Positions 63,467-64,000 of a DNA stretch of 64,000 bases are shown here, one piece after another. Source of the stretch: Myxococcota bacterium (GTDB lineage Bacteria; Myxococcota_A; UBA9160; JAFDDA01); contig OZ245817.1 in the NCBI GenBank assembly GCA_965228475.1, positions 788,209 through 852,208 on the forward strand. Reading direction: 5' to 3'. Every line of letters begins with the position of its first letter. Position 1 is the first letter of the stretch. The notes under the pieces are model-generated. The model was not told the origin of the DNA. It was given only the letters and a program-made list of their open reading frames with translations, and did not search any database. A program made the translations under genes and the position numbers.

Positions 63467-64000
63467 CATGGACGATCCGGACGGAGGCGAGGCGGCCGAG
63501 GCCAGCGAGAGGACCGCGGCCAGCGAGGTCTCGGTCTTCCGGCGGGAAGCCCTGGCCGTGGTGATTCCCGTCGGCTGGTTCTGCCTGGTCTGGAGCTTCT
63601 ACTACGACGCGCTCCGGCTCCCGCCGCGGATTCCCTTCGGCACCGTCGGCCTGGTCCTCGGGGGCGACGTCCTGCCGATGCTCGTCGTGCCGCTCGCCGT
63701 CGTCGTGCTCGGGCTGCGCTGGCCCGTCGCCCGGGTCGGGTTCCGCTGGCCGGGCTTCGGCGCGGCGTTCGGGTACGGCGCCCTGGCCTGGCTCGCGGTC
63801 CTGCCCTTCGTCGTGATCTTCGCCCAGCGCCCGGAGTTCCAGGCGGCGTATCCGTCGGCGGCGTTCCCGCCCGCGCGCGTGCACCCCATCGGCTTCGCGG
63901 CGCTGGCAATCCTCCATCACCTGCCGCAGCTGCTCGCGCTCGAGTTCTGCGTGCGCGGCTTCCTGCTCCAGCCGATCGCGCGCGCCGCCGGCCTCGGGCC
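63467..64000 (+). CDS. CPBP (CAAX) family intramembrane protease-like protein, 3' end outside the window
   Basis: ATG at 63467, open to the window end. Multiple TM helices, with LALEFCVRGFLLQP at the position of the EExxxR motif 1 (only one Glu visible). Confidence 0.55.

Noticed and set aside
1-64000. rRNA, tRNA, tmRNA, transposases, integrases, prophage or toxin-antitoxin/defence modules
   Set aside because: None were recognised. Intergenic regions are short (mostly under 200 bp) and none contains tRNA-like cloverleaf segments. No nuclease, ATPase or helicase genes typical of defence systems were seen.

Overview
The window is about 70% GC, gene-dense and looks chromosomal. I call about 80 protein-coding genes, many with 1-17 nt start/stop overlaps that indicate operons. 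I recognised no rRNA, tRNA, CRISPR array, transposase, integrase or phage genes. The host appears to be a Gram-negative bacterium, based on many lipobox lipoproteins, a PEP-CTERM protein and an SCO1/PCuAC copper-chaperone operon. The TSP3 and Asp/Cys-rich motifs are reminiscent of Myxococcota-like lineages, but taxonomy cannot be settled from this sequence.

Confidently recognised content:
- An E. coli-type frdABCD fumarate reductase operon.
- ilvD and a pabB-like ADC synthase.
- Two divergent pairs of acyl-CoA dehydrogenases, plus CoA-transferases, a crotonase, a thiolase-like protein, a NUDIX CoA pyrophosphatase and an SDR (CoA-thioester metabolism).
- UbiB kinase, an EgtB-like sulfoxide synthase, an M48 protease, and an SCO1/PCuAC pair.
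- An AAC(6')-I-like GNAT, a TetR regulator, and many DUF-type or small secreted proteins.

Most unusual items:
1. A compact 8-gene co-directional array (30057-35148): PLP enzyme, ArsC, DUF427, an EgtB-like enzyme with no adjacent EgtD, GNAT, a radical-SAM-like protein with non-canonical Cys spacing, a CWC protein and YjbQ.
2. Two divergent ~850-aa paralogous lipoprotein serine-hydrolase-like genes.
3. Two head-to-head alpha/beta-type ACAD pairs, with a Cys-less thiolase-like protein elsewhere in the window.
4. Small secreted Arg/Asp- and His/Arg-repeat proteins.
5. A near-perfect 33-bp x4 in-frame tandem repeat encoding RGD motifs in a phasin-like gene whose stop overlaps the ubiB start.
6. 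Degenerate signalling domains: an Hpt with no histidine, and a pseudo-receiver-GGDEF protein.
7. A 25-bp inverted-repeat element.

All functional calls come from motif recognition by eye. No database search was run.
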